Notes under the pieces: model-generated
What the model was told of the DNA's origin: nothing
Seen by the model: only the letters and a program-made list of their open reading frames with translations
The model's database searches: none
Made by a program: the position numbers and the translations under genes
Shown: positions 1-10,599 of the stretch, piece by piece
Numbering within the stretch: position 1 is the stretch's first letter
Layout of the letters: the number at the start of each line of letters is the position of its first letter
DNA from: Psammoneis japonica
Lineage: Eukaryota
Length of the DNA: 61,326 nt
Assembly: GCA_008632985.1 (NCBI GenBank)
Contig: QPGO01000209.1
Location: 62,001-123,326 of the forward strand
Direction of reading: 5' to 3'

Positions 1-665
1 CATGGAATTATCTCGGCGACCTTTTCTGGCAGCTTCTCATGACGCTGCGTTCGGCGTTTTGTCTTCTGGCATCGATCGCACTTGACGCACGTAGAATGCA
101 CCGTAGACCTCATGCCAGGCCAGCAGAAGTGCTGGGCAACAGATGTTTCCGTGCGTGTCTCACCTGGGTGACACAGTGTCTCGTGGCACCATTCAGCTAG
201 CGGAACCTGCAATGACTGTGGCACTGCGATTTTGTCCTTATGACAGATTAACTGTCGTGATGACCCTCCCCCACGATGCGCGCGAATGGAGCAGTCGGAC
301 AAGTCCTCAGCTCGTGAGAGCAGGCGCTTGTCCTTTTGTTGTTCTTTTTGAATGCGCTTGAAGCCAACAGGCAGAGATGCGTCGTCTTGCGTGTCCGCGT
401 TAAAAGCTTCATGCAAAGGACGACTCGATGGAGTGTCTTTTGCATCCGGATTGGCCTCGGAAGGCAAGCTGGGTGCCAGCCGAAGGCGACTAAGAGCGTC
501 AGCGACCAGGTTGTGGGTGCCCTCAACATGGCGTAATTCGGGACCGCATTCTTCGCATGTCAACCGCCAGCGCATAACGCGCTCAGTGTTGAATGCTTTG
601 TGCGCAAGATTTTTATGATCAGCATGTACAATCACACGATGACCGAGGAGAGTCGTTCGAAATTC

Positions 666-1061
666 GACGTGTTCCAGCTCTGGGTGGGACCTCGCACTGC
701 TGAACTGTGACACAATTGTTTTTTGTCATCCGTCGTATGTTTCGCACGCACATTTCTACGTGTTCTGTTATAAAAAATTGTTCCACACTGCCTGTTTTGC
801 GAAGCCAAAGGCTTTCTGTTGTCTGCACTTGTGTCAACAAAAATGCGCTGGGTGTGTTCTTTAATGTCTAAAGAGCACACCCGGGCACACTGCAAAGAAT
901 GTACTTCAAGTGTGGAGGAGGAGACACGTTCGCAAAATTGCCTCTTTTTCTGTTGGCGATCATTCACATGTCCATTGCTTGGTGATTTTACTGTGGAGCT
1001 CGCACGCAGAATTCTGCGGGCCCAATGTCACAAAAAGTCCCACCTGGGACTGGAACCCGTC
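666..1061. mobile_element. 396-bp MITE, GAC...GTC termini, 4-bp TSD ATTC, TpA-mutated copy
   Basis: Imperfect ~25-bp TIRs gacgtgttccagctctgggtgggac / gtcccacctgggactggaacccgtc; attc at 662-665 and 1062-1065; removing it restores the RNase H frame KE-FRT. Confidence 0.92.
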
Positions 1062-1102
1062 ATTCTTTCAATGTCTCCACAATGGCGAGCAATTCTCTCT
1101 CC

Positions 1103-1498
1103 GACGTGTTCCAGCTCTGGGTGGGACCTCGCACTGCTGAACTGTGACACAATTGTTTTTTTTCATCCGTCGCATGTTTTGCGCGCACATTTCTGACTGT
1201 TCCATCATGAAAAATTGTTCCACACTGCCTGTTTTGCGAAGCCAAAGGCTTTCTGTCATCTGCACTTGTGTCAACAAAAATGCGCTGGGCATGTTCTTTA
1301 ATGTCTGAAGAATGTGCCCGGGCACACTGCAAAGAATGTGCTTCAAGTGTGGAGGAGGAGATGCGTTCGCAAAATTGCCTCTTTTTCTGTTGGCGATCAT
1401 TCACACATCCATTGCTTGACAATTTTACTGCGGAGCTCGCACGCAGAAATCTGCGGGCCTGATGTCACAAAAAGTCCCACCCAGGACTGGAACCCGTC
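1103..1498. mobile_element. Second 396-bp MITE of the same family, 4-bp TSD CTCC
   Basis: Same TIRs; ctcc at 1099-1102 and 1499-1502; removing it restores TTE-RELLAIV. Confidence 0.92.
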
Positions 1499-1688
1499 CT
1501 CCGTTGTTGCACAATTTAATTGCGCACTGTTGAGCTTTCTGCCACAAAAGGCGACAGGTTTGTTGTCTTGGGATGTGACTGCTCCCAATTGACATTTAGA
1601 GGCATCGGTGTGCACCTCAAAGGATTCATTAAAATCAGGATGTGATGATAAAACATCATCTGACATTGCCCGTTTAACGGTTTTGAAT

Positions 1689-1792
1689 GCCTCGTCTTCA
1701 ACGGACGTCCACTCCCACTTGACAGTCTCGCTTGCGAGTCGCCTCGTCTTCAACGGACGTCCACTCCCACTTGACAGTCTCGCTTGCGAGTC
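1689..1792. repeat. Perfect 52-bp tandem duplication in Gypsy pol
   Basis: gcctcgtcttcaacggacgtccactcccacttgacagtctcgcttgcgagtc occurs at 1689-1740 and 1741-1792, shifting the frame. Confidence 0.95.
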
Positions 1793-2974
1793 GTGTCAGC
1801 GGAGCCAAGACTTCAGAACGTCCAATCCACGGGTCACGGCAGCAGTTGACCATGCCAACAAATGACCGCAGGTCGCGTTCATTGGTTGGGGTCGCGATTT
1901 GCTTAATGGCGTCAACTTTATCAGGCATTGGTCGTGTTCCGTCTCTGTTGACCAGGCAACCCAAGCACTCCAATTGGGTTTGACAGAAGTGAGATTTGGC
2001 TGTGTTAACTTTTAGTCCTGCTTTCTGGACCCTCAACAAAACTTCTTCAAGTTTGTTGAGATGATCTTCATGGGTGCCTTTCGTCAAGACGAGAAGGTCA
2101 TCTAAGTGCGTTCAAACAAACGACAGATCTTCAAACAAGCCTGACATGCGTTCTTGGAAAATGTCTGGCGAATTGCATGACCCCATGGGCAATGCCTGCA
2201 TCTCACACTTGCCCCACGGGAAGATGAGCATGCAGAGCTTCTTGCTGTCAGCATCCAATCGGATGTGACAACAGCCCGTGTTTAAATCCAGCGATGCAGC
2301 CCACACAAAGCCTTTGAGCTTGAGCAGCACATCTTGGACATGAGGAATCGGATGAGGCAATCGCTTGATCCATTTGTTCAGCTCTCTGAAATCATTGACA
2401 AAGCGCACCATTGAGTCTTTCTTTGGCACGACAAATGATGGAGCTGCCCATTGGGATCGGCCAACGCATTTGAGAACACCGATGCGCGCCAGGCATTCTA
2501 CTTCTTTACGCAGCGCAGCTTCGCACACACGAGGTGCTTTACACGGACGAGCGTGGTGTGGTTCTGCACCCTCCTTGAGTTGGACATGGCAGGGTTCTCC
2601 CTTCCATTCTCCCAATGTCCCATCAAATGAGGACTCATGGCGTTTCAACAGTGCCAAAAGGTCGTTTTGTTGAACTGCAGAAAGTCCCATTGCTCCTCGC
2701 ATCATGTCTTCGAGGCAGGCCGGCGCGTGCTTGGCGTCTGAAATGCGTGAAATCCAGTTGGTTTCCGAAGACAAGGCTTCTGGATCTTGAAGATAGAAGG
2801 GGGTTTCTGCCGCAGCATCTGGGTGCCTCATTGGCGCTTCTCCATTGACCAATGGCCACTCTGTCATCTGTTTGGAGAAGACAATGTCAATGCCTTGTGT
2901 CTCCAGAATGTCACGTCCAACAATCATGTCGCACTTGCCCAACTTTCCGTTGTGTGCGTGGACGGCATGTTTAA

Positions 2975-3508
2975 GGTAATCGCAGAACGAAGGGGCAAAG
3001 GCACGACAATTTGATTTTTCAGGATTTTCTGCTGCACGAGAAACGCGCAGCGCGCTGCGCGCCTCGTCGCCAACAATCGGCGACGTGACGGTGGTGCGTT
3101 GTCGCAACGACAGAGATGACAGCGACGTGTCCCAGCGTCTTTTGTCGTTGTGGACATTTAGTTTGTCATGTTTAAGAATGCATTCAGTCATGAAAGTCCC
3201 CGCGAGCAACCTCCATTAGAGCGCAAAACGTCATGCCAATGAGGAGCTCTGTTTTTCGACCGTCGTTTTATGCATTCGATTGTCAAACGATTGTGAGTTC
3301 GTCCGGGGGACTTTCTTTGCATGCATGTGTTCTGCATGGTGCAATTGATCAATGTGTTAAGTGCCCATCGCAAATTGTCCTCCATCAGCATCTGAAAATT
3401 GTCATCGTCATCGTCGGTGTCGACGACAATTTGTCGCGCAAATCGCAAAAAATGCACGGCAGTCGTCTGTCTGACATTGCGCTGCTGTGCGCTCGTTGTG
3501 CGCATGCC
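2975..3508. mobile_element. 534-bp non-autonomous TIR element, GG...CC termini, TTAA target (Kolobok-like)
   Basis: Flanks ttaa (2971-2974) and tcaa (3509-3512); removing it restores the protease-region frame ELSKTAEL-KHAVH; inverted homologue at 30884-31417. Confidence 0.85.
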
Positions 3509-3870
3509 TCAAGTTCTGCAGTTTTGGACAATTCTGGCAACCGAATTTTAATGGCACAGTCGTTGGACGTGCTGAACGAGCCTGCCACCGCAGTCCAGTT
3601 TGTCTCAGCCGTTGAACGGCTTTGCAGATGCTTGCAGTGTCAACTGTCGAGCAGAGTGCTGCTGGCGCCACCATCTGGTGGTGCCTCAATGGTTTGAGTC
3701 TTGCCCTTGCCATGTTTGGTGTTCACAGCCACAAACAAGATTGGAGCAAGATGAGTCTTTTTAACTTGTTTGCGGGATTGGCCTGCAACACGTGTACGAT
3801 GGTAATTCAGTTGTTCATTCACACATTCATCTGGTGCATTAAAACTGCCTGCATTGTGTCGGACCCCTTC

Positions 3871-5016
3871 TCAGGTGTCCGAATCTTTGGAATCACTCAA
3901 GTTGAGGTCGCGGAAGTGATTGAGCTCCTCCTTGCGTGCCTTGCGCTTTTTCTGAGCGTTGGCAAAGAACTCCTTGACCTTCGATCCGATGAGAGCATCA
4001 ATGTCTTCCTCATTCCAAGGTTTTGCATCAGGCTTGCTGCCTCCGTCATTGGAATGTCCAGTCTTGACACATTTCACGTGGTGCTTGAGCTGACAGCAAT
4101 CCTCCGCATGATGTCCACAGTCAGTCCCGTGTGGCATGCACGACTTCTGGGTGTTCCGTTGGGTCGTGATCAACGACTCAGGATTGTCCGTTCTACGTCC
4201 CCGCTTGCGTGGAACCTGAGCATGTTGGTCCAGGTTACCTTTGGCAAGCTCGACCTGCTCGATGCGCTCGCAGAACTGTACAAATTCGGCGATGGCATGC
4301 GCCAACAGGTCAAAATTCTGTAACGTCATGAACTTCTGCCATGCGTTTGGCACACCGCACTCGAACATGTCGCACAGTTCGTCATTGGGTGATGGTGCCA
4401 GTGCTTCTCCATCCTCCGTCACGGGTGGAAACTGAGAGACATGGCCGTTAATTTCAACAGCCCTCGCGACGCAGTCACGAGTGGAAACCTCTGCGGGCTT
4501 GCGCATGAAGCACCTCAGATGACGCTTCTGCAACAGCACCGCCCCATGTGGGAAGATGCTTTCCTTTAGCTTCGCGACGCACACTGCGTGCGTGGCATTG
4601 GTTTCAGATGCCTGCATGTCAGCGGCATTGTTGAATGACGTCAGAGCATCGCCCTGCAGCAGGTCACGCACAAGGGCAAATTTCGCTGGCCCGGTCGTCA
4701 TGTTTTGTCCTTCGTGCACGCGATCCACGTTGCGCAGAAAGATCAGGAGTGTCTCGCATGTAGCCGCAGAAAGGTGCGGGATGCCCATCTCATGCGTTGG
4801 ACCATCCGGATCAGTGGGGTTGTTGTGCAGTTTGAACGTCTGGTGCTCGCCCTGCTGTGGCTCTTTCTTCTCCGGCCGTGCGAATGGAATCGGTGGCTTA
4901 ATCCGCTTCTTCATGGTCGTTTTGAGATTTGTCGGTCCTGCCAACATTTCGTAGTTTCGTTTCTGCAGATTTCGTTGCCTCGCACAATGTGCGGGAGTGA
5001 CATTGCTGTGCCCCAT
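3871..5016 (-). pseudogene. Gypsy gag, open but Tyr-depleted
   Basis: 381-aa ORF with PIPF..TFKL..NP, LL.GDAL..F, QKR.LR.FMRKP and a CCHC-like remnant (CMPHG..CGHHAEDC); lies directly upstream of the protease. Confidence 0.85.
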
Positions 5017-5910
5017 GTGTGCACCAGGCGCTGAAAAAGAAGATGTGTTGCGACTTTGTCGTTGTGAAAATTGCGAGCTAGTTTAGAGTAGAGAAAGTGG
5101 GATCATGCGAATGGGGAATCTTGCCAAATCCCCATTCGTTCGCATTTGGATCGCATCAAATCGATCGTGCGTTCGCATTGTGGATCGTGTGAATCAAGCC
5201 ATCACGCACCATGCACGAGTGATGTCATCGTGTGGAATCACGCTGCCATCGTGGGCCAGACGACGGGCCAGTGTGCTTCACACGGATGCTCTCTTGGCAT
5301 CCTTCTGGAATTGCCCAAGACCTAGAGCCACGCCCTCCTGTGGTTGTGCTTCCCAGGTGCGCGTTAACAATGCTGCTTTGCCGCGTACAAGAGGCTCATG
5401 CATGGTCTCGCCGTGTTGTCCAGCAGCAAGGCATGCTGCAATCTCATCCCTTTCATTGAAGACAAACACTTGACCATCATTTTTTGTTTCAAAAACGTGG
5501 CTTCTGGTGTGTGTGACATTCATGGAGCTTTCCTGGGCTCTTCCAAATGACAGCAGTTCTTTGCTGTCTCCAGTGGCGGCAACGGCACAGCTGGAGTGCC
5601 TGGAACTTGAGAGTTGTTTGGAAGATGCTCTCCAGTCTTCAAATCATGCTCTGCATCAGCATGGCATCCTGGAGATTTGAGGAACTCTTGTTTGTTGTTG
5701 CCATGTTGGACATTTTTCTCCAAGGGATGATGGCGAATTGTTGCATGACTGAAAAGAGTGGAGGGACAGACAGACCAACTGATTTTTTGCCGACAACAAG
5801 GAAAATGCATCATGACCGAAACAAGGCACTTTGGCACCATCTACAATGAAATGAACTCCAAAAATGCAGTGTGATTGACACAAAAGAATGAAACAAAAAC
5901 ATGTTTCTAA

Positions 5911-5975
5911 GACCCGTCGCAGTCGTGATGAAGGGGTGCAATTCGGGGTGCAATTTTGGGGTGCAAAAACGCGCG
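5911..5975. mobile_element. Single terminus of the PIF/Harbinger-like family seen at 30017, TpA-mutated
   Basis: taa|gacccgtcgcagtcgtg..ggggtgcaattcggggtgcaattttggggtgcaaaaacgcg matches 30017-30080 with gtgtaa>gtgcaa three times; the other end was not found. Confidence 0.75.
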
Positions 5976-7544
5976 ACACCCCTCAAAAAAAGTTGCACCA
6001 CATCTGATTTTCCACTCCATCTCAACTTGCCAATGGAAAGAGACTTGAGACATCAACAGAGCACTGCTCCATTTTGTGGCTTTTGGCATGTGCACATTGC
6101 TGCTTTGGAAAAGGATCAGTGCAAGGATCTCTTGCTTGCAAATTGAGGGGCACACAAGGTGACCTTTGGCACAACCTCAACTGGGGTGCAGATGTTGGCT
6201 GGGGGCCAGCAATGTTTTTGAGGGGTGCAATGGTGGGCATGGTGGGAGCCTGAGATTGGTCATGCCACAGGCAAAGGAGGACATTGAGACCTTGGAACAC
6301 ATGATGGCTCTTGCTGTGGCTGTCTCCCATGCTGGGCAGTGCGCTCATTGTTGACGCACCAAAAGTTGCTCAGCCAGCCAGCACACACACAAAAATGTCA
6401 AAACAACCAAGTGTGATGTGAGGCCCCTGGAGCACTTGATCTGTGCTGGAGAAGAAGGGGGGGGGCCATGTGGTGGAGTTTCCAGGATGTCCTTGCTTGT
6501 CAGAGCAAGCCACCGCTTTTTTGCTCTCTCTCGGGCCATGGGCAGCAATGTCAGCCTGTGTTTGAGTGAACAAGCAACGTTGCTTGCCAAAAATCCTCCA
6601 GCTTCTGTGGGCATGCCCCACACATGTGAGGCCAGATGTGGTGCTCAGTTGAATGACAAGCTGCCCCATCTTGCCTTTTGTGAGCACAGCACACAAACCA
6701 CCAGCTTGCCGGTTGGAGAGAGCCCAGCTTGCGCGGCACTCGCATCTCATTTTTCAGTGTTTTGTTCACAAACCCTGGGGGCATTGCACAACTCAGCCTT
6801 GAGCACCGTCAGACAACAGCCTGCACTTCTTTGGAGTGTTTGGCAGTTTTTTGCTTTTGAAAATCATCCAAACTTTTGGCGCTTCGAGCCACAATGACAG
6901 TGCCCCAAGATTCCCTCGCCGGCGCATTTCAGCTTTTCTGACTCCAGAGAAAGGGCTGAGATGTGGATTTTGTTGGCTGAGAAAGCAGGTGGCTTCCAGC
7001 CAGAGTTGAGATTTGTGCTGCAGCCACGACTGTGGATCAAGCCTGACGCTGCGCTCAGCCATGAGTTTTTTCCTGGTTGAGAGCGTGGATGACAGAAACA
7101 GCGCTGACAAGCGGCCCCATCGAAGCCCAGAAAGCAGCCGTGTGATGATCTCAGACATCCCAGCACATGACCCACATCAAAAACCACTTTCAACGAAGAA
7201 GCCCACAAACAAAATGGGGGCATCGAGGCGCGCTTGTCTGTTGGGGGAAGGGGAGGGCGCGTTTGCCCCCCAAAGCTGCCACAGCATTTGAACAAGGTTG
7301 TTTGTCAGTGCCTGCACCTGATCACCAATCACAGGCAAAAACAAGAACACCATGCACTGTGATCCAGGCATGACGATGATGACGGTCATCGACGTTTCTC
7401 AAAAAGGCGGCTTGCCGTCTTCAAACTTTTCATGTGCGCAAGATTTTTGGCGCACAAGGAGCACAAAACAAGCGAGAGTTCTTTGAAGATGGACCACCTC
7501 CACCACAGACTTGTGGCTTGCTGTTTTCACATGCCAAAATCCTT

Positions 7545-10203
7545 GTTGCCTGTTGACACGGACCGAGGGATCATGCACCGGGAAACGCTGAGGCAACAAC
7601 ATTCTGCATCATTTGACGGCGGCGCCGCAACAAAAATGACGAAGCATAAGTCATACGAAACATTTATCGAGAAATGGTTAAATGGTTCGAGACACTTTCT
7701 GGATGTAGGACATGAGATGTTTGTGTGAAAACGCATGGGGAGAAAACAAAACATTACTCTGGCGATGCGGATAGAGCCGCAAAAAACTTTACAACCGGAA
7801 GAGCAACGATACCGATTTCAAAAGAATGCGTTTCAAAGCCTCCGTTTTGACCTCTCTTGCCACGGTTGTGTGGGCACAAGGTAAGCTGATGACACTTTGC
7901 TCTGCGTGTCTGTCTCTTCCGAGATGGAGAGACGTTCTGGTTCATTTTGCGGCTGACTTCTGATCATGCGAAGCCCTTTATCAATCATCTTGCTAATGTC
8001 AAATCACTGCCGCCTCATCATCAGGCACAACCAAGGACAAGGATCATGTCTATCCACGCTTCACGGTAAGTCCAAAAAATGAGCAAGGGTTGTTGTGTGG
8101 CCAGCTTGACATCACAGCTCACGCTTTTGATCTTCTGCCGAAGCCCCTTGCAGGTGAAGCTTTGCAGAATGAGAAGCCGTCTACAAGCGATGAGAAGCCC
8201 ACTGAGCGAAAGCTCAGCAGGCCTTCTCGCCCAGTAGAGTTCCCTTATGGCAACCCTTGTGTCAATCTTCGGCGAGATTCTGATCCTCACGATGGCTACA
8301 ACAGTGACGGATGGAAGCTCGTCAACTTTTGTAGTGCGGGTGCCACTGGTCGCTATCCAGCGCAGAGACCAGACTGTCACCACAATGATGACGATTCTGC
8401 CTACCACACGCTCAAGTTTCCCTTTACATTTTATGGAAGGGACTTTAGATATGTCTACATCAACAACAATGGCAATCTGTCATTTGACCGTCATAACAGC
8501 AAACCGAGCTTTACAGTGAATGACACACCCATTATTGCTCCGTTATGGTCTGATGTGTACACGGGAGAAGTCCCTTATTATGGGTGTTCGGGCTGTGGTC
8601 ATGTGTGGATGAAAGAAATGTCAGACAACATGTTAGCAGTAACGTGGGAAAACGTCGCCGATGGCTACCATCCAAACGATGATCGATTGAACTCCTTCCA
8701 GGTGTTGATGTCAGACGGTTCGGACCCTTCGATGGGCTTGGGCAACAACATGTGAGTCTCCAAAATGGTGCGTGTCTCAACTGTTTATATTGTCAATGGT
8801 TTTTGCTGACATGAAACTTTTGATTTCTTTTTCAACATAGCTGCTTCTGCTATGCAGACATGAATTGGTCGATAGGAGGTAAAACTGTGGGAGTTTACAA
8901 GGGAGACGGCAGAACGTCCTTTCAGGTTACAACCCCTCCGTTTCCAACCGTGTTCTTAAGTTCTCTCGAAGGCAAAGGCTTCTGTTTCGATGCTGCTGCG
9001 GAAGAGAACATCCCTCCCATTCCCTTTAACTTTCCATCAGATGATAGGATTGACCTCAAGGGATGTGCCTCGATTGATACAGAGTTTAGCTTTCTCAGTC
9101 CTGAGGTTGGTCAGTGGACCACGGTTGAGGTTTATGATGCTCCTACTGATGTAATGACTGTTACAGTACAGAATGGGAACACTGCTACTGTTCGTCTCCA
9201 AATAACTCCCACCGTGAATGCAGACTGGACGTTGAACTTTTTTGTCAGAGACAGCAAGGGAGCTGTTACAGAAAAGGCTCTCAAGGTTACTGCGTCTGGC
9301 TGCCATGATCCACATGGACCAATAATGCGCTGCTCGGACCGACATTTGCGAGCTTCTAACAATCGGTGCCATGCTTGGACCACGATTGATAATGGGTCCA
9401 GATCCCGCAACGGTGCGGCAGCTCGATTGACACTATGGCCGCTTCCGCCTTACCCATTGGGTGTCACCAAGGTGACTCTATGGGCCGCCGATCAATTTAG
9501 AGATGGTAAGACAAACTCTTGCACAAGGACTGTGACGGTCGATCCACCTCGATATGGTCACTGTCCAATAACTCCAGTCATGTACTGCAAGGACGTGAAT
9601 AGAAAAGCCCGTTTCTACCCACTGTGCGACTATTGGGCGACCGTTGATGATGGTTCTCATGACCCCAGAGGTGGTAATTTGACTCTTGTCCAAAACCCTC
9701 CGCCTCCCTACGGCATTGGATACACAAGAGTGACACTCAAGGGAACGGATAGAAACGGTGTATCCACGACATGCACGGCATCTGTGAACGTTCGAACCTC
9801 TGGTGGCCGTTGCAACATATAGCCGTGGTACGATGTGCGATTAGAGGAAGAACTAGGATTCTGCATATATATTTTTCGGTCCTGAACTGGAATGGCATCT
9901 GCCAAGACAAAGTTTCAATTCGATAGCCAGTGTCGGACCGATACATGTTTGGATATATACGTCGGAAGGGCAGTGAGGTTGATGACGTTGCATGTGGATA
10001 CACATTTTAATCGATTTATTGTGCATCACTTGGACGTAATCGGGGTGTTTTTGCACACCTTACGCGGTGAACCAAGGATGATGACACTCTATAACATCAT
10101 GGCGAGGTTGCAAGCTTGCTTGATCCTTAGTTTTAGAATAATTTATTAGGCAAACCTCGTGAGCAATTCACCAAGTAGCATGGTTCAGCGGTCGTCCATG
10201 CAG
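7545..10203. repeat. Segmental duplication unit containing the NIDO gene; inverted copies at ~27425-29950 and ~51150-53860
   Basis: Upstream sequence, introns and ~380 bp of 3' flank align by eye between copies; copies B and C also share the adjacent SDR pseudogene. Confidence 0.9.
7826..9822 (+). CDS. Secreted nidogen-like (NIDO) domain protein with two C-terminal HYR/Ig-like repeats, paralog A; join(7826..7880,8025..8065,8105..8751,8841..9822), 574 aa
   Basis: Signal peptide MRFKASVLTSLATVVWAQ; three GT-AG introns at the same positions in all three paralogs with frame preserved; NIDO motifs NDDDS..L.FPFTFYG..YINNNGNLSF, IAPLWSDV, VTW..V, NSFQV; repeats ending PPYP.G.T.VTL...D..G...SCT..VTV. 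Confidence 0.88.
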
Positions 10204-10599
10204 CGTTGTGTGAGAACTGCCTGACTGCCCAGGAGGGCACCTGCTGACAAGGCCAGCAACGGACCATTGTCTGCCACTGGAGTGCTGCACGGGACCGTCA
10301 GCCCAAAAAGGGCACGGGGTCCATCAAAGGACCAGCCACAGCTGCATCAGCAAAGCAGTCCAAAGGCTTGGGGGAGCTGGAGGGTTGACGAGAGTCATGC
10401 ACAAATGACTTGGCCAATGGGAAAAATGAAGCACAGGGATGAGGGACATGACCTGGGGCCAATGCAGGCACTGAATCCAACAATGCAGGTGGTGGGACTG
10501 TGTCCCCGGTGGCGGCAATGCTTGGACCAGATGCAGCCGCAAGGGCTGGTTCTGACCAGGTGAGGTGGCAGCGGCAGTGGCTGAGGCTGGCGGGTTGCA

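Larger units (their letters stand above)
1..3830 (-). pseudogene. Gypsy pol (protease-RT-RNase H), inactivated
   Basis: Motifs WAAPSFVVPKKD, RFVNDFRELNK, PMGSCNSPDIFQ, HLDD (for YLDD), VHTDASK, ERELLAIVETLKE/FRT..DHKNL..NLVADALSRL. Interrupted by three MITEs, a 52-bp duplication and a TGA at 2112-2114. Confidence 0.9.
1..5518 (-). mobile_element. Ty3/Gypsy LTR retrotransposon, degenerate, runs off the left edge; carries three nested MITEs
   Basis: Minus-strand order gag (3871-5016), protease (~3510-3830, continuing below 2970), RT (~1750-2700), RNase H (~490-1650). A possible 5' LTR spans ~5017-5518 (TGTCAC start at 5518) but cannot be confirmed without the second LTR. Confidence 0.9.

Noticed and set aside
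1..5016. ADAR or APOBEC editing during retrotransposition
   Set aside because: A>G and T>C are mixed on the same strand, and DNA transposons, TSDs and a host SDR gene are also affected.
5005..5020. Gypsy primer-binding site (TGGGGCACAGC on the minus strand)
   Set aside because: It begins with TGG but I could not match it to a tRNA 3' end, and the LTR boundary is unconfirmed.
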